Below are positions 40,601-49,392 of a stretch of 64,000 nucleotides of DNA, in pieces. Numbering within the stretch: position 1 is the stretch's first letter; the number at the start of each line of letters is the position of its first letter. The translations under genes were made by a program, and so were the position numbers. This DNA is from Dehalococcoidia bacterium. Lineage in GTDB: Bacteria; Chloroflexota; Dehalococcoidia; Bin125. The stretch lies in contig CAXXRD010000005.1 of assembly GCA_963663895.2 (NCBI GenBank), forward strand, positions 96,001 to 160,000, written 5' to 3'. The notes beneath the pieces are model-generated. The model was given only the letters and a program-made list of their open reading frames with translations, had not been told where the DNA came from and did no database searches.

Positions 40601-43600
40601 CCTGATCGTCGGTCGACTCTGCCACGAGCCGGTAGGTGCCCGCCGAAGGCGGCGTGAACGTGATCGTCGCCTCGCCGCTCTCGTTCGTCATCGCCGACTG
40701 CACCGCGATCTCGGTGTCGCGCGGCTCGCTGCGATAGTGGTAGCCGCCGTGGTCGGCCCGCTCCTTCGTCCTGATCCACTCACGCTCGAAGATGCGCACC
40801 GTCACCGCCCGGCGCGGCGCGATTTGGCCCTCGACATCGACGGTCACGAGGTGGATGGCCTCAAGCTCCCCGGCTGTGGCGATATACGACTCGGGCCTGA
40901 TGCCCGCATACCAGGTGGCGGGATGAACGGTCACGGTGGTGCTATTCGCCACGGCCTGCGCGTTCGCGTCCGTCACTGTCGCGCTGATCGTGAACTGCTG
41001 CGTTCCCTCGTCTGCTTCGAGCGCGGCGTGAACGTCGAAACGCGCGACGCCTGAGGCGTCCGTTCGCGTCTCGCTTCTATCACGTGCGGGGTCCCTGTAG
41101 CCGTCGGCCCGTGTCCAGTAGTAGTCGTGATCGGAGAAGGAGTAGTCCTCGTAGCCCTCGACGCGGATCGCCGTTGGAGATGCCAGCGCCACCCATTCGA
41201 CGCCTGCGTCCGCGACGGCGCCGCCGAAGAAGAAGCGCGCCGCCACCTCGGTAGGGATCGTGTCGCCGGCGAGGTAGTGGGCCCCGGCCGCTGTGACCTC
41301 GACCTCGAATTCCGGCGCGCGGAACTCCGCGACCGTGAAGTACGTGGTGGCAATGTAACGTCCGGTGTCAAACAGCTCGACTCGGTACGTCCCCGTGGGC
41401 GCATCGCCGGGGAGTGCGAGTTCGCCTGCGAACGTTCCCAGCTCGCTGATCTGCACGCTCGTCTGCAGGAGATCGGCGTAGCGCGCATCACGGATGGTCA
41501 CGGTGAAGCGGGCGTCCGTCCCTGGAATGGAGTACGACGCGTCCTCTTCGTCGCGCACGACGCCCTTATAGAACACCGTCTCGCCGGGCCGGTAGATCGG
41601 CCGGTCGGTGTAGAGGTAGCCCACTGTGCCGGGAAAGTACGCGTGGGCCGGTACGTCCAGTTCCCACGGCGAACTGCCCGAATCCCACCAGGTGGAGGCC
41701 ACACCCTGACGCCCGCCCTCGTCGATGCGCACGAGGTAATCCCCGTAGGGGCTTCCCCAGAAGTAGTAGTAGCTGTCTTCGGTGCCCTGGGAGAGCACGG
41801 CGAACCGGGCGAGTCCGTTGGAGTCCGTGACGGCGGTCTCGTAGGGGCGGTGGAGAGGCTCCTCAAGGGGGGCCACACGAACTTCGACGCCGCTGAGCGG
41901 TTCGCCCGTGTTGTAGTCGAGCGCCCAGACGAGCAGCTCATCGAACGCCAGCTTGGTTACGATCGCCGCATCGACGACGCTCAACACCAGCTTCCGCTCA
42001 AGCTCTAACGCTGTGTTGTCCGCAACTACGAGATAGTGATCCTTGGAGAGAGGCTCGCCGGTGCTGAGCGCGGTCGAGTAGAGCCGCGAGGCGCCGCGCA
42101 GATCCTCGTCGATCGGCTCCACCCACTCCCGTATGGGATCGCTGCCGGGCTGGAAGGTGACGTACTCCTGATCGTTGGCGCTCCACCCATCGATGAAGCC
42201 CCGGCGCAGCAAGGTCTCCGCTTCGGAGTCGGACAAGTGATACAGGCGGAAGCGCACCTCTTCGAGCTGGGCCGCGTGGTAGTACAGGATCTGCTGCCGG
42301 TTCGCGGAGAAGGTCGAGAAGCTGGCCGGCGCCGCGAGGCTCAGCGATGGCAACGGGGCACGCGTGGTGAACGAGAACTCGCTGGCCGGCAGCGGCCGTC
42401 CCCCACGGTCGCGCACGCCCTCCGCGATACGCACCGTGTAATCCGTTGAGAACTGGAGGCGGACATCCAAGTAGACGGTCTCCGGTCTCCAGGAATACGA
42501 GATCGGCTCGATGTCCTCGGGGTCGACGCCGCTGATCGAGACACGTCCCTCGAAGGAGTCGATGTCCATCGGGTTGTTGTAGTGGAGCTCGATCCCGTAC
42601 GGCCAGGCAGCGGTCTCACCGTCCTGCGGGTCCGTGCGCACGAGTTGCGGCGGCTCGACCGTCGTGAAACGCACACCCCGCTCGGCGTGCGTGGTCCCAC
42701 CGTCTGCACCGCGCAAGCCGGCCGGCGCGACGACTGCGTAATCCGTGTCGAGCGCCAACGGTTCGGCAGGTGTGAGCGTGACTACCGTGTCGTCCTCGCT
42801 CCAGGTGAGTGAGGTCCTGACGGCGTCTCCGCCCTGCTCGCGCAGGGCGAGGCCCGCCTCGACCGAGGCGCGGTCCATCGGCTGGTTGAACGCGATCACG
42901 ACCGGGCTATCCGGTTCGACATGGACCGAGTTGTCGCTCGGCGTAAAGCTCGTGATCGCGGGCTGGACGGTCGCGAAGCTCCAGGCGAAGTCGGATGCGA
43001 GGACGCCGTCCGCCGCCGAGGTCAGCCCCGCGGGGATGCGCACGGCGTACTCGGCGCTCGGCTGCAGATCGGTGGGGATGAAGCGGTAGAGCGAGGTGTT
43101 GAGCCACTCGCCCCGTCCCGCGAGCGGCGGGTCGAACTCCAGCACTGCCGCCGCGGGGCTTTCCTGGAGCACTGTGAGCGGCGCGACTGAGCGATTGAAC
43201 TGCACGAGGATCTGGGCGGTCGTGGGAACTTCCCTGTCGCCATCGCTGGGGATGACGTAGGACACCGCTAGCTGACCCTTGACGGTGAACGTGTGTGCCT
43301 GGTCGGCTGCGATACCCGCGGCGCCGGCGTCCACGCGCAGCCGGTACTGTTGCCCCCGCTGCCAGCCGGGGAAGGCGGGCTGGAACAGCAGCGTGCGCTC
43401 GTCGGCCCAAATGAAGGCTCCTTCGGCCGGTGGATCGATTGAGACGAGTCGGCTGGCGTCGGCTTCACGGGGCGGATCGCGAAAGGTGATCCGCACGGTC
43501 GCGAGCCGCGGGATTTCCACACCTTCGGGTGAGATGGCGATGGCCGGTGTGCCGTCGGGGGTGGATCGGGGCACCGTGACGGCGAGGTCGCCGTAGCGGT

Positions 43601-44027
43601 AGCTTCCGTCGCTGCTATGGCCGTCGTCGAGGGGGAGGGGGATCGTGCCCAGCGTGCGCCAGTCGCCGCCCTTGGGACGAGCGCCGATGTAGATGCGCTC
43701 GGCATCAATCACGTGCTGCCACACGCGCACCTGGATGTCGGCGACGGCGAGGTCGCCGTAGCGGTAGCTTCCGTCGCTGCTATGGCCGTCGTCGAGGGGG
43801 AGGGGGATCGTGCCCAGCGTGCGCCAGTCGCCGCCCTCGGGACGGGCACTGACGTAGATGCGCTCAGCATCAAGCACGTGCTGCCACACGCGCAGTTCGA
43901 TGGTGACGGGATTGCCGTCGGCTCTGTTCCCGCCTTGGGCGCTGGCGACGCTAGCGCCCAAAGAGACGGCCAGTAGCAGTACAGCGGCCATCCCGACTTT
44001 CAGGACGGCGGGCAGAGCGCAGCGCAT
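37641..44027 (-). CDS. Alpha-2-macroglobulin family protein with N-terminal tandem repeat and Big_5 Ig domains; no thioester motif
   Basis: YTDRPIYRPGETV, FTVAEFRAPEF, LRSDF..TALW, LPDNATTWRA, PRFLRVGD, DFLPAGLE and AEESYFPEVFGR; 2128 aa. Confidence 0.92.
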   Translation of the reverse strand: MRCALPAVLKVGMAAVLLLAVSLGASVASAQGGNRADGNPVTIELRVWQHVLDAERIYVSARPEGGDWRTLGTIPLPLDDGHSSDGSYRYGDLAVADIQVRVWQHVIDAERIYIGARPKGGDWRTLGTIPLPLDDGHSSDGSYRYGDLAVTVPRSTPDGTPAIAISPEGVEIPRLATVRITFRDPPREADASRLVSIDPPAEGAFIWADERTLLFQPAFPGWQRGQQYRLRVDAGAAGIAADQAHTFTVKGQLAVSYVIPSDGDREVPTTAQILVQFNRSVAPLTVLQESPAAAVLEFDPPLAGRGEWLNTSLYRFIPTDLQPSAEYAVRIPAGLTSAADGVLASDFAWSFATVQPAITSFTPSDNSVHVEPDSPVVIAFNQPMDRASVEAGLALREQGGDAVRTSLTWSEDDTVVTLTPAEPLALDTDYAVVAPAGLRGADGGTTHAERGVRFTTVEPPQLVRTDPQDGETAAWPYGIELHYNNPMDIDSFEGRVSISGVDPEDIEPISYSWRPETVYLDVRLQFSTDYTVRIAEGVRDRGGRPLPASEFSFTTRAPLPSLSLAAPASFSTFSANRQQILYYHAAQLEEVRFRLYHLSDSEAETLLRRGFIDGWSANDQEYVTFQPGSDPIREWVEPIDEDLRGASRLYSTALSTGEPLSKDHYLVVADNTALELERKLVLSVVDAAIVTKLAFDELLVWALDYNTGEPLSGVEVRVAPLEEPLHRPYETAVTDSNGLARFAVLSQGTEDSYYYFWGSPYGDYLVRIDEGGRQGVASTWWDSGSSPWELDVPAHAYFPGTVGYLYTDRPIYRPGETVFYKGVVRDEEDASYSIPGTDARFTVTIRDARYADLLQTSVQISELGTFAGELALPGDAPTGTYRVELFDTGRYIATTYFTVAEFRAPEFEVEVTAAGAHYLAGDTIPTEVAARFFFGGAVADAGVEWVALASPTAIRVEGYEDYSFSDHDYYWTRADGYRDPARDRSETRTDASGVARFDVHAALEADEGTQQFTISATVTDANAQAVANSTTVTVHPATWYAGIRPESYIATAGELEAIHLVTVDVEGQIAPRRAVTVRIFEREWIRTKERADHGGYHYRSEPRDTEIAVQSAMTNESGEATITFTPPSAGTYRLVAESTDDQGRVARSATSLWVSGDEYAPWRVRDDDIIELIADRERYEVGDTAEVLVPAPFAGATGLVTIERGRVLSSKVRSFDTNSEVLRIPIEDAHLPNVYVGVVLYRPPTQDDPWPRYHVGYVELSVSTAPRALKVRIDPDREQATPGETVRYEVQATDADGRGVAAEVSVAIVDQAVLSLADEAGPDGMGAFWYERALGVRTASSLAVSVDRRNEAYQEALEGDEGMGSGDAENTAGGGVGGDAEEAAAPAAQALARSSPEGSAGPRLRSDFRHTALWIGQLVTDAHGRADFELRLPDNATTWRARARAVNGATQIGEGESELLVTQPLLVRPALPRFLRVGDAVILRALVRNDTAAARDVTIALEAEGLTLDGEASLSGRVEPDDSTVFEWPARALAEGRAALRFRATASGGYGDAVEISVPVYLDVTPETTATGGVVEDAPAVEAVYLPDYVVTEAGSLELSIQGSLVGALDTELSHFSPYRYESSVRIASRVVATVAVRRANADGLTEAQKHQLQTDVTALIRTQRYDGAWGWCRGCRSNMWVSGWVLFALGEARDVGHHVPDDVLTRAAGLIMDYMNRETDVERPANPNQHAFLLYALASAANRSGVTSTLARDQADAMLAIVEQHRASLTSWGRAYLLLGLLASGHDAGHDAVRALLNDLTATTIASANGNHWEDQRRSGSMHNGSVRPTALVLRALTEVDPNHPLIEETARWLVTARTADRWKTSVERAQGMAALGAFAELTGETRGAYDYAVWLNGRQVLDGDFDVPAGDYHDGAAVALADLPLGQVSRVQFERDASRDGRLYYGLNLRYVTPARDIEALNRGFAISHQYSLLDEPERAITSAALGDVVRVRLTVVAPAERLFAKIEDFLPAGLEPIDPRLNIAPVELRQRLQAERAESPRGSAPSYYAPWYAWYYSPWDQVDIRDDRVVLLASRLPQGVHEYVYYARATAPGDFFVAPAHAEESYFPEVFGRGDSGRFTVHGGE
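43578..43895 (-). repeat. Tandem 165-bp (55-aa) duplication in the A2M N-terminus
   Basis: RVWQHV.DAERIY..ARP.GGDWRTLGTIPLPLDDGHSSDGSYRYGDLAV occurs twice; near-identical DNA copies start at 43578 and 43743. Confidence 0.95.
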
Positions 44028-44451
44028 GCTCTCAATACCTAACCTATGCCCGCTGTACCCGTGCCCGCGCTACCTCCACCCTAGCACTGCGTGTACCGGA
44101 TTTCCCACTCCGATCCAGCTCGCCCTCCGCTACTGCCAGCGGCCATCCCGGTCGGTGCCTGGCTCCGCAGCAGTGCGATCGAGGTCCCGCCGGCGGAAGC
44201 GGCGTCGGCGTCCGAGTAGCGAAGCTGCCGGCGGGAAGGGTCCTCCTCGTGCATACGCCGGTGACGGCACGCGGCTTGCCTGTGCTGTGAGCGAGTGGCG
44301 GGCTGCTTCTCTTACGGCACGATCGAGGGCGGCAGGCATGGAGAGGGCTACGCCACGAGAAGATCACAAAGAATCCTGGAGTGGATCCTCCCTAGAAGGT
44401 TCACTACCCATCAATCGAAAATTTCGTCTTCCCGAAATTCTGTCCACATGC

Positions 44452-44691
44452 CTATAGGAAATCCTGCTGTTTTAGAAAATCGCGCATGATCGCAACACAT
44501 TCCTCCGGCTTTTCCAATTGAAGGAAGTGCGTGGCATCGGGGAGGAAGTCGTAGTCGACCTCGCGGATGTCCCCGAGGTCCAGCGTCGGGAGGTAGGAAT
44601 AGGGCAGGGTTGGGTCTGCGCCGAGAACCTTGATCGGGCACTGGATATCTGCGAAATCGATGAATACCGAGTACAGCCGGGCGTACTCCAT
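44452..44691 (-). pseudogene. C-terminal fragment of an alpha/beta hydrolase
   Basis: IQCPIKVLGAD...DATHFLQLEKPEECV catalytic-His region only. Confidence 0.6.
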
Positions 44692-45101
44692 GAGATGATC
44701 CGGCGCAGCACCGGCAGCCAGATGGCCAGCGCCAGGTAGAAGAGCGATGCAACGACAATGAGGCTCGCAAGGAGGGGCGGGCCGCCCTCCGTCAGCGCCA
44801 GAACGGAGACCGCCACGAAGTTGGGCGTGGCGCCCATGATGAGCACGTGTCCGGCGCCCAGCCGCCAGATCCGGCTCGCCTGCAGCGCCGTCAGCGTCCC
44901 GGCGATGATCAGCGTGGCGAAGACGGCCCAGGCGAGGTAGCTCTCGCCCTGCCCGCCCGCCTGGACGGTGATCGCCACGATCAGCACGAGCGGCGCGATG
45001 GCGAAGATCACGCCCTGCAGGCCGACGCCGACGGCGACGGGCAGCGGACAGCGCTCGTCCGCCTCGTAGCGAATGGCCTTGTTGACGCTCGGTCCTTGCA
45101 A
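44692..45101 (-). pseudogene. N-terminal fragment of an NCS2 (xanthine/uracil) permease
   Basis: IRYEADERCP..VG.GLQ, TALQASRIWRLGAGHVLIMG and LRRII, then an abrupt loss of permease character. Confidence 0.7.
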
Positions 45102-45271
45102 GATCGCCCCGCGACTCGGCGCTAGTCTAGGGGCCTATGCCCGTGGACGCGCGGGCGTCCACGACTCCCCTTGAGCCGAAGAGCGAGAGAGGGGATGCGA
45201 CTCAGTGGGCTAGTCCAAGTGGGAGCGTCGCGCTTGGCAGAGTCCTTGATGCGTGGGTAGGCCTCCGTAGT

Positions 45272-48200
45272 TCAAACCGACTCCGCAGCAGGTAACTCTT
45301 CTTGGAATTCCGGTGCATTGGAAGGAGACTGTCGCTCTTTTTCGGTCGGGCTGGGCAGCTCGTCACGCGAAAACAGGTCCGATGTGCACACTTCCTCTAG
45401 CAAGGCTGCTCCCTCGGGCTCCAGGCTAACCGTCGCTTCGAGAACCCAGAGCAGTTCCAGCAGTTCCTCGGTAAACTCCCACCGCTCCGGCCTGATCTCG
45501 TCAAGGGCCGACGACTTACGCCCTGCTCGGTGCAGCTTGCGGTAGTCGAGCCATGACTTGACGACCTGCAGACCCGAAACGGAGTATTCCCATACCTGTG
45601 GCTTCACCGGCGAGAACTCGCCATCGCCCACACGTAGCACTTCCGTCGTCTGGTTGTACGCGGAGTCGGACGGATATTTGTCAGACGATACGGCCTTGGT
45701 GCAGCGCGCTATCCCTTGCGGCACGGAGCCGTCGTCATTGGGACCGGCGAACCGCTCGCCGTAGGTGTGCAGGTACAGCAGCCGTGCGCCGTGCTCGGCC
45801 ACGCGCTGGAATAAACCTGCATCCTGAGTGATGGGCAGCCGTGGGGGCGGAAGCTCAAGCTCGTCCCAGAAGCGGCGCACGTAGTCGGGCTGCGCGAGCA
45901 TGCCGTAGGCGTAAGCGAATAGCTGCTCCGCAGTGATCTCTGCGTTCTGTGCCTCGCTGATGCGCTTGATCAGTCCGCTGGTGATGTTGGGTTGGGTGGC
46001 TTCAGCGTTCCGCCAAAGGGGTATGACATCCTTGGCTCCCCGGCCGCAAAAGTGATCCATGTCTGGTATCGCGCTAGTTGCGGCCGCTGCTGGGCCGGTA
46101 CCCACCACCTTAGTCAGCAAGCTGGTGAGATAAACCTGTTTTTCTCCATGGGCGCGATGCAAGACTGGGCGACAGAAGTCGCCCAGTCTTGCATCTTTGA
46201 GAATGTACTGGCGGTCAAAGGATCGGTAGGCATACCGAGCAATCTCAGGAGCTGGCTCGCTGGCATCGAGCTTGGCGAGTGTTGAGGCCTTGCTTCTCCC
46301 GGATAACTTGAAATATCGCCCGCCAATAAGGCGGTCCCTGGTCTCTCGGAATAGAGAGGCTCGTAACTTCAGGGGAGAGGCGAGCAGGGTGCGCCACCGC
46401 TCTGCGAGCACCTCGCGAGTTTCGCCGATCGGCCATGTTCGCTTGAACTGCACCCCCGAGTGCTGCCAGGGAAACACGTCCGTAACCGCCGGCCAGTCGA
46501 AGTATGCTCCGGTTCCCGCCGGGTAGAACGGTGCGTTCCACTCCTGGGAGCACTCGCGCCACTGGAAGTCTCGGAAGCGCTCGGCGGCATCAAGCGCGGA
46601 CAGCTTGTCCTGTCTAGAGCCGGTCAGCTTCGTTTTCCACACCCGGGCGGGCGTGTCCGCCTTCGGCGGCCCGTCCCGGACCCCGATGGCGATGGCGACG
46701 GGGCTTCGGATGGCGAAGACGTTCTCGGTCGTCCTCGCGCCGAGGCTGTCGCCCTCCAGATCGATGATCCACAGCTCGTCGAACACCTCGCGCATCTTGC
46801 GGCGCATGCCCACGAAACCGGGACCTCGCAGGTATGAGGAAGCGGTGATGAAAGTGACGATGCCTGCATCCTCCGTGGAGTCGAACACTTTCCAGAGCGC
46901 CCACCGCCAGAAGTACACGTAGTCGTTGTAGAGGTTCTTGAGATGGACGCCCGCCCCTGCCTCTTGCGCTGGCACAAGGAAGTCCTCAAGGATCGGCTTG
47001 GGCGAGTTTGGAACGTCTTGCTCCGTGTCTCCATGTCGCACCCAGCCGCCCTTGCGTTGCGCCTCCTCATCCTGCGGGTCCTGTTCCTCCCGGTCGTAGG
47101 GGGGATTGCCCAGACACACGACGACCCGTACATCCTTCTTCACTTGCAGCGCCCGTTTCCGCTCTTCCGTGAGCCGGGCCTGAAGCAGGCCGCCCGTGAA
47201 GTCCGGTATCCGGTTGGGGGACTCCAGCGTGTCTGTCAGATAGACTTTCGGTGTCCTGTCTGTTACCTCCGCGTCCTTGAGCCGTTGGGACAGCCGCAAG
47301 TGCGACACGGAGTACGGCCCCACCAAGATTTCGAAGGCATGCAGCCGGTCCGCTAAGCTCCGCAACCGTTCAGCTACCGCTCCCTTCCCAAGCCATTGCT
47401 CCGCCGCGTCCGTGGCATGATCCAAGACGGCAAGGGGATAGGTACCCGTCCCCACGGCCGGATCGAGAACCACTACGTCATCGCCCGCGAAGGCGAGCCG
47501 CTTCTGGAAGCGCGTGCGCAGCAACTCTCCGGCCAGCCTCACCTGTGCGCGAACGACCTCCACCGGCGTGTAGTAGACGCCCCGGTTCCTCCGCAGCTCC
47601 GGGTCGTAGGCGCCTAGAAAATGCTCGTAGAAGTACAGCCAGGGGTCGCCACCGCGGCTGATCTTTTCCGAGTCCACCGCGCCGATGGCCCGCTCCAGCA
47701 GCTCGATGGGCATATTGAGTTCGCTTCGAACGGGATTAGCCTCCAAGAGCTGCAAGGCTTCGGCCAAGAGCCCGTGCTCTTTCTGGAGGGTGTCTACTGC
47801 CAGCAATGGCCTGAGGCTCTCCGCTCCCTCGAACTTGGCCAGCAGCAGCGCGTACGTCACCGTCTGCGCGTAGGCGTCGGCAAACTGGGCCTCGTCGCCC
47901 TCTGGAAACAGCAGCCCGCCCCACTCCTTGGCGAGCGACTGGATCGGGGCTGTCTCTTTTTCCAGGGCCTTCCTGACCTCGTCGCGGAGGATGCGCGCTA
48001 ACGGCGCCAGGAACTTCGCCAGGCTCTCCGCCGTTTTGGGAACCACCGGCTCCCAGTAGAGAAAGTCGCTAAGCAGGTCGCGGAGACCTGCTAGCGATTC
48101 TGGATCGACGGCCTTCGCCGCTCCCTTGCTCACGTCATCGGCGATCCGGACCCGTTGCTGGAGTTTGCCGGAGCGGTACAGGCTCCACTCCGAGCCGTCG

Positions 48201-48559
48201 GTGTAGATCAGGTTGGGCAACGCCTTGAAGCGGTTCCACTGATCCCGGTTCGCGCCCTTGAACTGCTCCGCACGCGCGCCCAACCCAGGACGCTTGAGTT
48301 CCACGTGCCCCGTCAGCAATCCGCCCGTGGTCACGCCGAGATCGGGACGTCCGCTGATATCGTCCGCATGGACCTCGGTCCGCCATCTCACGTCCAGGCG
48401 ATTGATTCGGCCCACGTCACCCAGCAAATCGCCGGTAGGCGATTTCAACTGGTCTTCCGGTTGGGCCTCGATAAGCTGCCGAAAGTTTTCAGCGATCGTG
48501 CTCGCGAAACGTTCAACGATCTCCGCGAAGTCGCCGTCTGGTGTTGAATCGCTCGTCAT
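45272..48559 (-). CDS. Single-polypeptide restriction-modification enzyme (Type IIG / helicase-less Type ISP-like): nuclease, N6-adenine MTase and specificity domain
   Basis: N-terminal PD..G.VELK nuclease motif, GVYYTP, LDPAVGTGT motif I, GNPPY motif IV, and YRSFDRQ and VWEYSVSGLQVVKSWL ISP-type C-terminus. Confidence 0.88.
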   Translation of the reverse strand: MTSDSTPDGDFAEIVERFASTIAENFRQLIEAQPEDQLKSPTGDLLGDVGRINRLDVRWRTEVHADDISGRPDLGVTTGGLLTGHVELKRPGLGARAEQFKGANRDQWNRFKALPNLIYTDGSEWSLYRSGKLQQRVRIADDVSKGAAKAVDPESLAGLRDLLSDFLYWEPVVPKTAESLAKFLAPLARILRDEVRKALEKETAPIQSLAKEWGGLLFPEGDEAQFADAYAQTVTYALLLAKFEGAESLRPLLAVDTLQKEHGLLAEALQLLEANPVRSELNMPIELLERAIGAVDSEKISRGGDPWLYFYEHFLGAYDPELRRNRGVYYTPVEVVRAQVRLAGELLRTRFQKRLAFAGDDVVVLDPAVGTGTYPLAVLDHATDAAEQWLGKGAVAERLRSLADRLHAFEILVGPYSVSHLRLSQRLKDAEVTDRTPKVYLTDTLESPNRIPDFTGGLLQARLTEERKRALQVKKDVRVVVCLGNPPYDREEQDPQDEEAQRKGGWVRHGDTEQDVPNSPKPILEDFLVPAQEAGAGVHLKNLYNDYVYFWRWALWKVFDSTEDAGIVTFITASSYLRGPGFVGMRRKMREVFDELWIIDLEGDSLGARTTENVFAIRSPVAIAIGVRDGPPKADTPARVWKTKLTGSRQDKLSALDAAERFRDFQWRECSQEWNAPFYPAGTGAYFDWPAVTDVFPWQHSGVQFKRTWPIGETREVLAERWRTLLASPLKLRASLFRETRDRLIGGRYFKLSGRSKASTLAKLDASEPAPEIARYAYRSFDRQYILKDARLGDFCRPVLHRAHGEKQVYLTSLLTKVVGTGPAAAATSAIPDMDHFCGRGAKDVIPLWRNAEATQPNITSGLIKRISEAQNAEITAEQLFAYAYGMLAQPDYVRRFWDELELPPPRLPITQDAGLFQRVAEHGARLLYLHTYGERFAGPNDDGSVPQGIARCTKAVSSDKYPSDSAYNQTTEVLRVGDGEFSPVKPQVWEYSVSGLQVVKSWLDYRKLHRAGRKSSALDEIRPERWEFTEELLELLWVLEATVSLEPEGAALLEEVCTSDLFSRDELPSPTEKERQSPSNAPEFQEELPAAESV

Positions 48560-48768
48560 GTTCCGTCGCGCGGGCGGCTTTGCAATCGGATGAGAATCGA
48601 AGTGCCCAGCCCCAATTCTGTTGCAGCCTACTGTTGCACGGAATCTATCCGCGATCTTCGGGGCGGCGCAGCCTGAAGATCCAGGCTCCCCATCAAGGGG
48701 AGTCTGAGCGTAGCCTTGATGGAAGGCTGCGGTAGCGACATGGAGTCGTCTCGTGTCCGCGCCTGGCC

Positions 48769-49332
48769 GTGGGGAGACCAGTGACCAAGAGTCCGTATTC
48801 CTGCTGCAACGTTGCGCGGACCGGCCGTCGCACAGCCGCTTTCCTTGGAGTGCTCCTCGCCCTTGCCACGGCGCTTGTCATGGCTGTCGCCTGCTCGTCC
48901 CAGCCTGGTGCGCCTGATCCGGCCATAGGCGGCGCCGATTCGCCAGCCGCTGCTTCCCGAACGGGGCAAGAGATCTTCGCCACGACCTGCGCCGTTTGCC
49001 ACGGGGCCGCTGGGCAGGGGCAGCCCAACTGGCGTGTCGCTAAGGAGGACGGCACGCTGCCGCCGCCCCCGCTCAATGGGGAGGGTCACACTTGGCACCA
49101 TGCGGACGGCCTCCTGTACCGAATCGTGCATCAGGGCGGGGCCATATCGAACCTGCCGAGCTTCAAGAGCGGCATGCCGGCGTTTGGGGAGCGGCTCAGC
49201 CACCAAGAGATCATCGGCGTGCTGACCTATATCAAGAGCCTCTGGGGCGACAAGACCTACCAAGGCGTGTCAATTCGGGAGTCACAGGCACTTCTGAGTG
49301 AAGAGGATCCGTTTCCGCTAGGGGGAAGCTAG
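48769..49332 (+). CDS. Monoheme cytochrome c lipoprotein
   Basis: AVAC lipobox, CAVCHG heme motif, PPL...GHTWHH.D and MPAF. Confidence 0.88.
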   Translation: MGRPVTKSPYSCCNVARTGRRTAAFLGVLLALATALVMAVACSSQPGAPDPAIGGADSPAAASRTGQEIFATTCAVCHGAAGQGQPNWRVAKEDGTLPPPPLNGEGHTWHHADGLLYRIVHQGGAISNLPSFKSGMPAFGERLSHQEIIGVLTYIKSLWGDKTYQGVSIRESQALLSEEDPFPLGGS

Positions 49333-49392
49333 TTCCCACTGCGCCGGTGTGGCGGTCACCCGCGGCCTCCGCTACTGCCACTGCGGCCGGTA

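Noticed and set aside
43578-43895. Repeat as a CRISPR array or DGR template/variable pair
   Set aside because: Only two in-frame 165-bp coding copies, no spacers and no reverse transcriptase nearby.
44030-44450. Possible riboswitch or ncRNA upstream of the A2M gene
   Set aside because: No recognisable conserved motif on either strand by eye; an Rfam/Infernal scan would be needed.
45142-45163. 9-bp inverted repeat CGTGGACGC-N4-GCGTCCACG
   Set aside because: Could be a terminator or operator, but it has no U-tract and no second copy, so no function can be supported.
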